Positions 21,347-30,381 of a DNA stretch of 64,000 nt are shown one piece after another. Numbering within the stretch: position 1 is the first letter of the stretch; every line of letters starts with the position of its first letter. The position numbers were made by a program, and so were the translations under genes. The notes below the pieces were generated by a model. That model made no database searches and was not told the origin of the DNA. It saw nothing but the letters and a program-made list of their open reading frames with translations. Where the stretch lies: NCBI GenBank assembly GCA_965219535.1, contig CBDCNV010000002.1:1993305-2057304 (forward strand), in the 5' to 3' direction. Origin of the DNA: Opitutales bacterium. Its GTDB lineage: Bacteria > Verrucomicrobiota > Verrucomicrobiia > Opitutales > PNEW01.

Positions 21347-22312
21347 TTAAGTGAGAGAGTTACCGGGTGTTAATGGTTTTAGGATTGATGTATATGAGAG
21401 ATCTTGGCGAAGTGAGGGCGTAGCCCGAACGCGGCCAAGATCGGAAAGGAATCTGACAAACTCTTGTGGGCTTTTGAAGCCTAAACGACTGTGGGGATGT
21501 TCATGGTTATAGGTCTGACGCCATTGTTCGATTACCACTTGCGCTTCAGCCACGCTGAGCAACACTTCACGGTTCAAACACTCATCGCGTAAGCGGTTGT
21601 GAAACGACTCGATGAAACCGTTTTGCCAGGGACTGCCCGGATCGATATAGATCGCCTTTATGTTATTACCGGACAACCACTGCTGCACTTGATGAGCAAT
21701 GAACTCACTGCCGTTGTCACTACGGATATAGCTGGGAGGTCCCTCCTCTTCAATGGCCTCGCTAAGCACAGAGAGGACATCGGTTGAGGTGAGTTGACGA
21801 GCGACCCGGATATCCAGGCATTTACGCGTATATGTCTTCGCTTCGCTTGAGTGTCGTCGCTTTCAGCTCCTCGGTACATCGATTAGAGTCATCATCTTTA
21901 ATGGACCGCCGTTGTCTGTACGATCATGGACAAAGTCCCAGGACCAAACGTGATTGCGACCCTTTGCTTTAGTAGGTGACCCCGTAGAGACTCCTTGACG
22001 GTGTCTGCCCTTTTTCGGGGGCTTTACCTGCAGCCCTTCTGAACGTCGTACCGCCTGGACAAACTTCCTGCTTGTTGTCCAGCCTTCCTTTACCAGCAAG
22101 GCACGGATGCGCCGGTAACCGTAGCGGGGATGTTTCCAGGACAAGCTCACAATCCGCTCGACCAACCGCTGAGCTTTCTCACTGGCCTGTTTGGGCCGGT
22201 AACTGAACGTTGACCAACTCAGGCTGAGATAAGCACAAGCCCTCCGCAACGAGCACAACCCTTTCTCAGCCGCAGCTTTTACTACTCGTTTCTTCTGCTT
22301 TGGGCTCACCAT
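21347..22312 (-). pseudogene. IS3 orfB (DDE transposase/integrase core) with in-frame TGA at 21863-21865
   Basis: ...NHVWSWDFVHD...IRSDNGSEF...PGSPWQNGFIESFHNRLRDE... gives the DDE triad context. The TGA lies between the first and second catalytic Asp. Confidence 0.75.
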
Positions 22313-22599
22313 TTTTTTGACAGCGTTTCCTCCATTACCTGATTCTTGAGCATTTGATCTGCGAGCAGCTTCTTCAGCTCGGTATGTCAGGCCTTCTCGC
22401 TTGCGCTCGTGAATTCTTTTTCCAGCTCTTTAAATCGCTTCGCATCGGCAAGTTCTAAATTGCCATATTTTTTACGCCAGCGATAGAAAGTCTGTTCGCT
22501 CAGGTTGTTTCCACGGCAGATTTCCTGTACCGTTTTACCGGTATCGGCTTGCCGCAATATTGTTATAATCTGTTCTGTTGTGTATCTTTTTCTTTTCAT
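22306..22599 (-). pseudogene. IS3 orfA (HTH protein) with in-frame TGA at 22387-22389
   Basis: MKRKRYTTEQIITILRQADTGKTVQEICRGNNLSEQTFYRWRKKYG... is a typical IS3 OrfA. The frame continues after the TGA as HTELKKLLADQMLKNQVMEETLSKKW*. Confidence 0.75.
22312..22318 (-). promoter_or_regulatory. A7 slippery run, candidate -1 programmed frameshift site (orfA to orfB)
   Basis: AAAAAAA lies at the orfA/orfB overlap, and orfB is in the -1 frame relative to orfA. This is the canonical IS3-family arrangement. Confidence 0.6.
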
Positions 22600-22664
22600 T
22601 GAGGTTATCTGTTTATCCCGATAACCTCTCTCTGTAAATGATACGATTTTTGGGGGTCACTCCA

Positions 22665-23821
22665 CTCTTCTGATATCGCCCTTATTATTTGGAGTTTACG
22701 CTCCTATCCCGGAACAAGAACAAGGTACGCCATTAACGATCAGTTTGAAAGCCGGTGGTTTTTACGACACTAATATTTTTGGGAATTTTACGAATGAGAT
22801 AGATAGTGGAGCGATCAGTTTTGCGCCACAATTTAAGTATAATGCTTCGCTTTCCGAGCAAACATTTTTATCCGGATTGTATAATTTAGAAATTATCTCC
22901 TACGATAATCGTCCCACGGATGATCTTCTTTTTAATAATGTGCTCGGTCTTAACGTCTATCATTCGTTTGCGCCCAACATTAATTTTCAGATTTCTGAAA
23001 ACCTCTCTATTATTGATAATCCGGAATCGTTGCTTGTAGGTGTATTACAATCTAACCAGTCTTATAATCATAATCTTTTTAATGTCAGCTTAGGGGTCGA
23101 TTTATCAGAAAAACTGGGAGCTGTTTTCAAATTTAGAAATACAGACTTTGGCTATGATGATCAGAGTCTTGGATCACTTCTAGATCGCAATGAGCATCTC
23201 CTGGGCATTGAAGGAGATTTCAATTTGTCGCCCATCATGACCGCAGTCGGGGAATTTCGTTATCAAGATATAAACTATGATCAAAACGGCTTCGATAAAA
23301 ATAGTGATTCGGTTTTTTTCCTGACGGGAGTAAATTACAAACCCGATGAGAAGTTAGATGTAAGAGGAAGGGTTGGGGTAGAGGACCGCAACCGACAATC
23401 CAGCACTGATAATGCAACATTTTATGGTGAATTTACCACGTTCTACCGTTATCAGGAGGAATCGTTTATCTCGGCTGGGGTGACTTACGATATACGTGAG
23501 ACTTCAAATCCACTTAATTTTACTGACGATGAAGTTTTAAGTGTATTTTTAAACGCTCAGCATGCACTTAGCGGAGCCCTTACAGCTTCCGGATCGGTAT
23601 TATATAATGCGTCAGAATTACTTCGCAGAGATCCCACCACGGGCCCCAATACCGAGGATGATACGATTCGTGTAGGCTTTGGCTTAACTTATAAGCATTC
23701 TGATAATTTATCCATTATCATTGATTATGATTATGATAAAACGGGTTCATCCGATCCTGTGCGTGAGGAAAATAGGCACCGCGTCGGGATCAATTTCCGT
23801 TATACATTCGGAATATTTTAA
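22665..23821 (+). pseudogene. Outer-membrane beta-barrel protein gene, 5' end severed by IS3 copy 1
   Basis: The frame is open from the IS boundary (LLISPLLFGVYAPIPEQEQ...). Alternating beta-strand pattern with a C-terminal ...RYTFGIF. The ORF track only recovers it from an internal TTG at 22745. Confidence 0.8.
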
Positions 23822-23922
23822 TAAGAATATAGATATTTCCGGTCTAGAGTGATAGCCAAAGCAGGTGCGGGTCATGCTTGACCGGCATTTCAATTAGGAA
23901 GTATAATCTAAAGCTTGCGCAT

Positions 23923-26103
23923 ATGAACAATGATGACCAATCAATGCCCATTGGCCTTTCCCTCTCCGATTTGCTGAGAGTGTTGCGGGCAAGAAAAACG
24001 TTGATTGCGCTGATTCTCTTAATATGCCTGCTTACGACCATTGTTTTTACTTGGAGTCAACCGAAGTGGTACAACGCGATAGCTGGAATTAGGGTGGAGA
24101 AACCGGAAAGTGAGGTCGTTCTTTTTGGACGACAGTCTACAGGAAATTTCGACCCCTATTTTATCCGTGAACAAGTTCAGATCATCCAAAGTAAATCGGT
24201 TCTCGCTCCAGTGATAGATGGGTTTTCGCTTCAAAAGAAACTCAGTGCAAAACTTGGGGGAGCGCTTACTGAAGAAGAGACTTATTTATATTTGATCAAA
24301 AAAATGCTTAACGTTGATTCTCAACCGGGAACGCCGCTTATTGATATCGGTGTGCTCATGCAGGAAGAACCTGTTTTAGCCGCGGAGTTGGCTAATGCGA
24401 TCGCTATAGCTTATGCTCGTAACCGTATCGCTTTTGCTACCTCAGGGCAAACCGAAGCGATCGAAAAATTACAGGAGGAATTATTATTACAGGAGAGCTC
24501 AGTCTCTGAACAGCGAGATAGGGTAGAGAGTTTGCGTAAGGAGCTACAGATATCTGGTGTTGATATTGCCGCGCGTACTACCCAGTTGGATATTGAAAAC
24601 TTGCGTCAGTTAGAACGTAGCTTAATCGCTTTAAAAGTTGATGCCATTGCGAGAAAGACTCGGTTTGAAAGATTTAGTAAGGTCCCTTTGGGAGAGCGAT
24701 TCAGGCTGGTTAATTCTGAACTGATACCTGACACTAATATATTGAATCTGATGCAGGCCCATATGATTGCCGATCAGAACTTCACACAATTGGAAGGTAG
24801 ACTGGGTGAAGCGCACCCTGATCTGGTGGCAGCGGCAAATAATCTACAGAAAATTAGTGAGCAGTTGGCTAACCTGCTCCAGGGCTATGAAGAGGCATTA
24901 GAGATCTCCTACATTGAAGCGCAAGCCCGCGTATCTGAACTGGAAAAACAACTGGAGAGCGCTCGAATTGATCAGATTTATTCCGCGGAAAATAAAATGC
25001 GCCCGTTTGAAGAAGCGGTGACTAAGCTGCAAGATGAAGAGAATCTCTACAAAACACTTAAAATTACATTAAGACAGCGTGAAATCGACTTTCAGGTACC
25101 TAAGCGCACAATTGAAATTCTTAATGAAGCGGTTCCTGCCCGCCGTCCATCAAAGCCAAGTTGGGTAATCAATCTTGGGCTCGCGATAATCATGGGTAGT
25201 ATTATTGGACTGGGGAGTGCATTTCTTTTCGATTTTTTTGATACTAGTTTTCGCTCCATCGATGATTTGGAACGAATATTGCAACTCCCGGTAATGGGAG
25301 TAATTAAGAAGGACCAGCCATTAGTGACTGCTGATAATTTTAATACTTTTGAAGCTGAACCTTATCGCGTTATTCAAACCAATTTGAATTTATCAGGGAA
25401 TGATAAAAAAAGTAATGTGATTATTGTTCAATCTGCAGGCCCGGGTGAAGGTAAATCATCTACCCTTTATAATCTCGCTTCTGTAATGGCTTTTAGCGGA
25501 TTGAAAATTCTTGTTATCGACTCCGATCTTCACCGGCCCGTTCAACATAAATTAATGGAAGCAAAACGAACGCCAGGACTTATTGATATCCTGATGGGAG
25601 ATAAGAAACCCAAGAGTATTATTCAGCATACAAAAAATCCTAATCTGGATGTTATGCCCGCCGGTCATAGCGCTCATTTCAATCTCAGTGTAATTCACGT
25701 TAATCTACTGATAAAGATATTGGACGAATTAGGTTCTAAATACGATAAGATCTTTCTCGACTCTCCCCCCATAATTGGAATTAGCGACGCATCGATACTT
25801 GCCAGCGTAAGTGATGGAGTAATCATTGTCATCCAACATAAACGCACAACTACATCCATGTCTTTGCGTGCGCGACAAATTTTGCAGAATGTTGAAGGAA
25901 ATATTTACGGCGTTATTTTAAATCAGGTCCCAGAAGTTGGTGATGAAGATTACAATTATTATACGAGTAATTATTCTTATTACAGCTCTGCAGGTAGACA
26001 AAAAGAAAGTAGCTCACCATTTAATACAGACAATGTAGTTGAAAATGAAATAGAAACGTTCGAAATTGAGGAATCAGATAAAAAGAATTTCCCCTCGGTC
26101 TGA
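23923..26103 (+). CDS. Polysaccharide co-polymerase / BY-type tyrosine autokinase (Wzc/GumC/EpsB-like)
   Basis: N-terminal Wzz-type TM, long coiled-coil periplasmic region and a second TM. Kinase domain with Walker A (SAGPGEGKSST), A' (VIDSDLHRP) and B (IFLDSPP), plus a C-terminal Tyr cluster (DYNYYTSNYSYYSS). ATG at 23923 preferred over the track start at 23878. Confidence 0.85.
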   Translation: MNNDDQSMPIGLSLSDLLRVLRARKTLIALILLICLLTTIVFTWSQPKWYNAIAGIRVEKPESEVVLFGRQSTGNFDPYFIREQVQIIQSKSVLAPVIDGFSLQKKLSAKLGGALTEEETYLYLIKKMLNVDSQPGTPLIDIGVLMQEEPVLAAELANAIAIAYARNRIAFATSGQTEAIEKLQEELLLQESSVSEQRDRVESLRKELQISGVDIAARTTQLDIENLRQLERSLIALKVDAIARKTRFERFSKVPLGERFRLVNSELIPDTNILNLMQAHMIADQNFTQLEGRLGEAHPDLVAAANNLQKISEQLANLLQGYEEALEISYIEAQARVSELEKQLESARIDQIYSAENKMRPFEEAVTKLQDEENLYKTLKITLRQREIDFQVPKRTIEILNEAVPARRPSKPSWVINLGLAIIMGSIIGLGSAFLFDFFDTSFRSIDDLERILQLPVMGVIKKDQPLVTADNFNTFEAEPYRVIQTNLNLSGNDKKSNVIIVQSAGPGEGKSSTLYNLASVMAFSGLKILVIDSDLHRPVQHKLMEAKRTPGLIDILMGDKKPKSIIQHTKNPNLDVMPAGHSAHFNLSVIHVNLLIKILDELGSKYDKIFLDSPPIIGISDASILASVSDGVIIVIQHKRTTTSMSLRARQILQNVEGNIYGVILNQVPEVGDEDYNYYTSNYSYYSSAGRQKESSSPFNTDNVVENEIETFEIEESDKKNFPSV

Positions 26104-26200
26104 ATGGGAAAAATCTATCTAGCGTTCGTTTTCACCCAGACTTCGTGCATTCACTATTGACATTGACGTAAATCCGGAAAAGTTATCATCAAAATTTATT

Positions 26201-26276
<76 letters not shown>

Positions 26277-26289
26277 GTAAAGACTAAAG

Positions 26290-26976
26290 GTGAAAGCTAG
26301 CGAACTTTTTCAATTGCCGGGAACCCTGCCATTCGGGGATTATTTTAAGGGAGATGATGCCCCTTGGGAGTGGGTTAGTGGAATAAAAACTGCCTTAGCC
26401 GAATTTGATTTCAGTATTCATTCCAAAACGTCTAATTTACCCTCGGGTGTATCAATAAGCGAAGATGTATTTATTGATCCTTCGGTTAAACTTCCGCCTT
26501 ATTGTGTTATAGAAGGACCAGCTTACATTAGTGCGAATACAGAAGTTCGCGCTGGCGCCTATATTCGAGGCAATGTCATTGTGGGGGAGGGGTGTGTTTT
26601 AGGAAATTCATGTGAATATAAGAATTGTTTACTCATGGATCGAGTTAAGACGGCACACTTTAATTATATCGGTGATTCAATTTTAGGCTCAGATGTTCAT
26701 TTTGGGGCTGGAGCAATTTGTGCAAACTTACGTCTCTTTCATGATCCAGTTCCTGTTGAATTACCAGATGGCAGTCGTGTATCAAGCCAGATGCTTAAAC
26801 TGGGCGCCTTGATGGGGGAACAGTCTGAAGTGCTTTGCAATAGTGTTTTACAACCAGGGGCAATTTTGGGCAAACGCTCGGTGGTTCTACCAGGCACGGT
26901 ATTCAGTGGATATCTTTCTGAAAACACTATTGTGCGCGGGTCGCAGCAATTAAAAACATCTTTACGACGAGATTGA
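26290..26976 (+). CDS. Left-handed beta-helix (hexapeptide-repeat) transferase family protein
   Basis: 228 aa with a GTG start. Repeated [LIV]-G-x-x-x-x hexapeptide pattern (IRGNVIVGEGCVLGNSC..., IGDSILGSDVHFGAGA...), resembling GlmU C-terminal or sugar-nucleotide transferases. Confidence 0.6.
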   Translation: MKASELFQLPGTLPFGDYFKGDDAPWEWVSGIKTALAEFDFSIHSKTSNLPSGVSISEDVFIDPSVKLPPYCVIEGPAYISANTEVRAGAYIRGNVIVGEGCVLGNSCEYKNCLLMDRVKTAHFNYIGDSILGSDVHFGAGAICANLRLFHDPVPVELPDGSRVSSQMLKLGALMGEQSEVLCNSVLQPGAILGKRSVVLPGTVFSGYLSENTIVRGSQQLKTSLRRD

Positions 26977-26999
26977 TTATATTTCTGTTTTAGGCACAA

Positions 27000-28745
27000 T
27001 CAAATCTCTTCATAGAGGGATTCTCCACGATGCAATCGAATTGCAGTACGGGTCATTTGAGACTCAGCTCTGCGCGTCGGGCAGTGTGCAGTTAAATGTC
27101 GGGTAACGGCTACATAAATATGTTCTTCCTGTGGTTGTCCTGCCCATAATTGGGCTTGTTGCACACCCGCTTCCAGGCACTGTAATTTATGAAAATCTAG
27201 ATCCTCACGCAGAGTGGCTTTCGCGAGAGTATCAATCAGTCGATCTACCGGATGTTGGAGGCGGATATAGCGGCTTACCGGTGCCGTAACGGTATCCCAG
27301 GACTGTCGTCTGTCCAAATTTTCAAAAATGGATTCAAGTAACTCGTCAGGTTCAGTACTTAAAGATTCCAAATCAATGTGTTCATCAGGAAATTTCGCTT
27401 CTGGTATGTTCAGAAATCGATCTACGTATACGGACATTGCACCATGAAGAATTCCACGGATCGTATTGTGATTAACAGAGCGTTTCAATGTCTGATAAAT
27501 CGCGTTCGAATAGGTGAAAGTGTGAAGAGGCCCAAACCAGTCGTTAATATCATTCGATTCAGGAAAGTGCGCCATGCGCAATGCAGAGGTATAGGCAATG
27601 TGTTTGGCGATCTCCGTCGGATCCACTCCGCGAATCAGAATATCTTTAAGAGTATTAAGAATTAAATTAGGATCATTACCGAGCAGTATTTCATTTAAAC
27701 CGTTAGGCACTTCATTGATATTCTTAGATTCGAGATTATATTCAGACAGTTCTTCTTCTCTTTTACGAATCTCGGGGATAAGATCGATAGGATTTCTCCA
27801 GGAGCTACTTTCTTCCTCTCCGCGCGCTGAGCTTATGCCTGAGACCAAGGTTGGCAGAATCTTCTCCAAGTGATCCCAACCGATAGTGTTTAAGATTTCG
27901 AAAGATTTGTTCGCGAAATCAAGGGTGTGTCCTGTTGCGGAAAAGATACGGTCAGTTATCGTGCCGAAAACGAGATCGTTAATAATAGGTGAATTGGGGG
28001 ATTTAATTGCCGCGGTAAGTAAAGTGCGCTCAGCACCATCACGATGGCGGACTAAAACCCAGTGTTTGAACCATCGCTCAAGCTGTTCTGCCTCATTCTG
28101 ATTACCCTCCAAAGGATAGCGATCTCTTCTTGCCGGCATCCCTACGCAGTTGGAGGCGAGGCGTCTGGACGCGAGCGAGAGGGCATATATCTTAGTGTCC
28201 TTAGATAAGTAGGGCCAAAGATTTGCAACAGCTGATAGCAAAGTCATCCCGTCTTGCCAGTTATCGTGATTGGAAGCCCCGAACAAAGCGATCTCGCGGA
28301 TTATATCACGAAAATCTACTCCAGTCTCTAGAAGACCGATGATGCTTTTAGCCTGAACGAGCGCAATATTTTGCTCTAGCCCGCGTTTCAATCGATTTAA
28401 GTAATATTTCTTTGTTGGTTGTTCATTAGCTAATTTGGCAATATAAATTTCATCATCATCGACCTTCACTTGATATGTCGGTACATCATCTGCGAATAAA
28501 TCAAATGCGCAACCGCTGCTTAAATCGAATCGCGCATGATGCCAATGACAAGTCAGGATTCCGTCTTTAACTGTTCCTTGGTGGAGGGGAAATCCGAGAT
28601 GAGGGCAACGATTATCAACCGCTAATACTTTTCCTCCATTCCAAAAAATTGCAATCGGTCTGTCTTCACCCGAGATTACAATAACCTCCTTTTTTCGTAA
28701 ATCATCCAGCGCTGCCACGTGGATGAATTCTGGATCATTGATCAT
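27000..28745 (-). CDS. Rieske [2Fe-2S] domain protein fused to a ~450-aa domain of unknown function
   Basis: N-terminal CPHLGFPLHQG...CHWHHARF matches the CxH...CxxH Rieske motif. I cannot assign the remaining ~450 aa to any family. Confidence 0.7.
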   Translation of the reverse strand: MINDPEFIHVAALDDLRKKEVIVISGEDRPIAIFWNGGKVLAVDNRCPHLGFPLHQGTVKDGILTCHWHHARFDLSSGCAFDLFADDVPTYQVKVDDDEIYIAKLANEQPTKKYYLNRLKRGLEQNIALVQAKSIIGLLETGVDFRDIIREIALFGASNHDNWQDGMTLLSAVANLWPYLSKDTKIYALSLASRRLASNCVGMPARRDRYPLEGNQNEAEQLERWFKHWVLVRHRDGAERTLLTAAIKSPNSPIINDLVFGTITDRIFSATGHTLDFANKSFEILNTIGWDHLEKILPTLVSGISSARGEEESSSWRNPIDLIPEIRKREEELSEYNLESKNINEVPNGLNEILLGNDPNLILNTLKDILIRGVDPTEIAKHIAYTSALRMAHFPESNDINDWFGPLHTFTYSNAIYQTLKRSVNHNTIRGILHGAMSVYVDRFLNIPEAKFPDEHIDLESLSTEPDELLESIFENLDRRQSWDTVTAPVSRYIRLQHPVDRLIDTLAKATLREDLDFHKLQCLEAGVQQAQLWAGQPQEEHIYVAVTRHLTAHCPTRRAESQMTRTAIRLHRGESLYEEI

Positions 28746-28800
28746 GATAATCTGTTTTTAATATTCTAGTGTAGACGAATATATTTATTTCACAATGCAT

Positions 28801-29565
28801 TCAGGCATTAAGTATATCGATTACCTGCTCATGAAGGTGTGGATTGGACGCCACAATTGATGAACCTTTTACCGGATCTTTTCCTTGCCAGTCGGAAATC
28901 ACTCCACCTGCTCCTCGAATGATAGGGACAAGCGCAAGGAGATCCCACGAATTCATAATCGGATCTAGTGCAATATCGGCATTTCCCGTTGCTACCAGTA
29001 GATAACCATAGCAGTCACCCCATGTGCGGAGAGTGTTAACGCTTTTAGTAAGATTCTCCCAGTTTAAACCATTTTGATGTTTTGCGGGACTTTTTAAATT
29101 TCCACAAAGGAGATCGGCATCATTCAATTTATTCGTACCTGATACACGCACTTGTCTGCCGTTTAGATTTGTCGTCTCGTTATTTCCGATGAGTAGTTGG
29201 CTGAGCAAGGGTTGATGAATTGCTCCAAGTATGGGTTGCCCATTTTTTGTAAGACAGATGAGTGTGCCAAAAAGTGGGCAGGCTTTTGCGAATGCTTTCG
29301 TCCCATCAATAGGATCCAAGACCCAGACATATTCTGCATCATTGCGTAGCGAACCGAATTCTTCACCGATTATACCGTGATCGGGAAACTTATCCTCAAT
29401 AATTTTTCGCAATATCTCTTCGGCTTTACGATCAGCTACGGTAACTGGAGATTCATCTTTTTTGAACTCCACTTCCAAGTCTGGGTTCGAAAAATAATGT
29501 CTAATTATCTGACCACTTTCTTGGGCCAACTCGCCTATAAACTCGATTAGGTCTTTTTCTTTCAT
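28801..29565 (-). CDS. Inositol monophosphatase family phosphatase (SuhB/HisN-like)
   Basis: 254 aa. IMPase motifs PVTVADRKAE, GEEFG, WVLDPIDGTKAF, WDLLA. Confidence 0.85.
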   Translation of the reverse strand: MKEKDLIEFIGELAQESGQIIRHYFSNPDLEVEFKKDESPVTVADRKAEEILRKIIEDKFPDHGIIGEEFGSLRNDAEYVWVLDPIDGTKAFAKACPLFGTLICLTKNGQPILGAIHQPLLSQLLIGNNETTNLNGRQVRVSGTNKLNDADLLCGNLKSPAKHQNGLNWENLTKSVNTLRTWGDCYGYLLVATGNADIALDPIMNSWDLLALVPIIRGAGGVISDWQGKDPVKGSSIVASNPHLHEQVIDILNA

Positions 29566-29710
29566 TATCCTATAAGTACCAATGACGGGAGCAATGTATA
29601 CACTTTCAAAATCATTTTAAAATAAATGGCAAGCGGCCATTATTAGAATCAGGCTAGCTTAAATACTGCTCGCACTACATAAACGATATATCAAATATTA
29701 GATATAATAT

Positions 29711-30367
29711 ATGCTTTGGACTGATTCCCCCATTCATTTTGTGGATTTTGAAGGCAACCGAGAGTGTGGTATCATTGAATATGGTGTCGCCACACTGCTA
29801 AATCGTGAAATTGTAGCGACGCAAACACGATTATGTATGGCGTATGCGGAAATTCGATCTATAGAGTCACAATTGCATGGAATTCAATACTCCGCCACGC
29901 AAAATAAAAATCCATTTTCTGATGAATGGGAGTATTTTAATCAACTACGTAAATCGGGACCGCTTGCAGCGCACCATGCATCCACGGAAAACAGTCTTCT
30001 TAAAGTGGTATGGCCTTATCCCACCTATTCACCTGACTTTTTAAATTCCAATCAAGAGATTGCCGAATGGGGACCTTGGTTAGATACTTGCGCCATTGCG
30101 TTAAATCTCTATCCCCAATTACTGAGTCATAAACTGCAGGATTTAATTGAATATTTCGACTTGGGTCACCGACTCGAAGTATTGACATCGCAACATTGTC
30201 CCTCGAATCGACGTCACTACCATTGCGCACTCTATGACGCAATCGCATCAGCCGTACTGCTTATACATGTTGGAAGCCTTTCTGGCTTCGAACATGTGAC
30301 GCTTTCCTGGCTTCTTAATCGTAGTCGTTCAAGTCCCAGTCAATCTGAACAAACTGAGCTTTTTTAA
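29711..30367 (+). CDS. DnaQ-like 3'-5' exonuclease domain protein (DEDDh-type)
   Basis: 218 aa. N-terminal FVDFEGN (Exo I, DxE) and C-terminal HCALYDAIASA (Exo III, HxxxxD). Confidence 0.55.
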   Translation: MLWTDSPIHFVDFEGNRECGIIEYGVATLLNREIVATQTRLCMAYAEIRSIESQLHGIQYSATQNKNPFSDEWEYFNQLRKSGPLAAHHASTENSLLKVVWPYPTYSPDFLNSNQEIAEWGPWLDTCAIALNLYPQLLSHKLQDLIEYFDLGHRLEVLTSQHCPSNRRHYHCALYDAIASAVLLIHVGSLSGFEHVTLSWLLNRSRSSPSQSEQTELF

Positions 30368-30381
30368 AAATCTTTCGCTGC

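Larger units (their letters stand above)
21320..22664 (-). mobile_element. IS3-family insertion sequence, copy 1 (1345 bp)
   Basis: Ends TG...CA. Imperfect terminal IRs share a TG....GACCCC core: TGGAGTGACCCCCAAAAATCG versus, reverse-complemented, TGATCGGACCCCGTTTTTCG. 4-bp direct duplication CTCT at 21316-21319 and 22665-22668. orfA/orfB organisation. All ORF translations are identical to copy 2. Confidence 0.9.
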
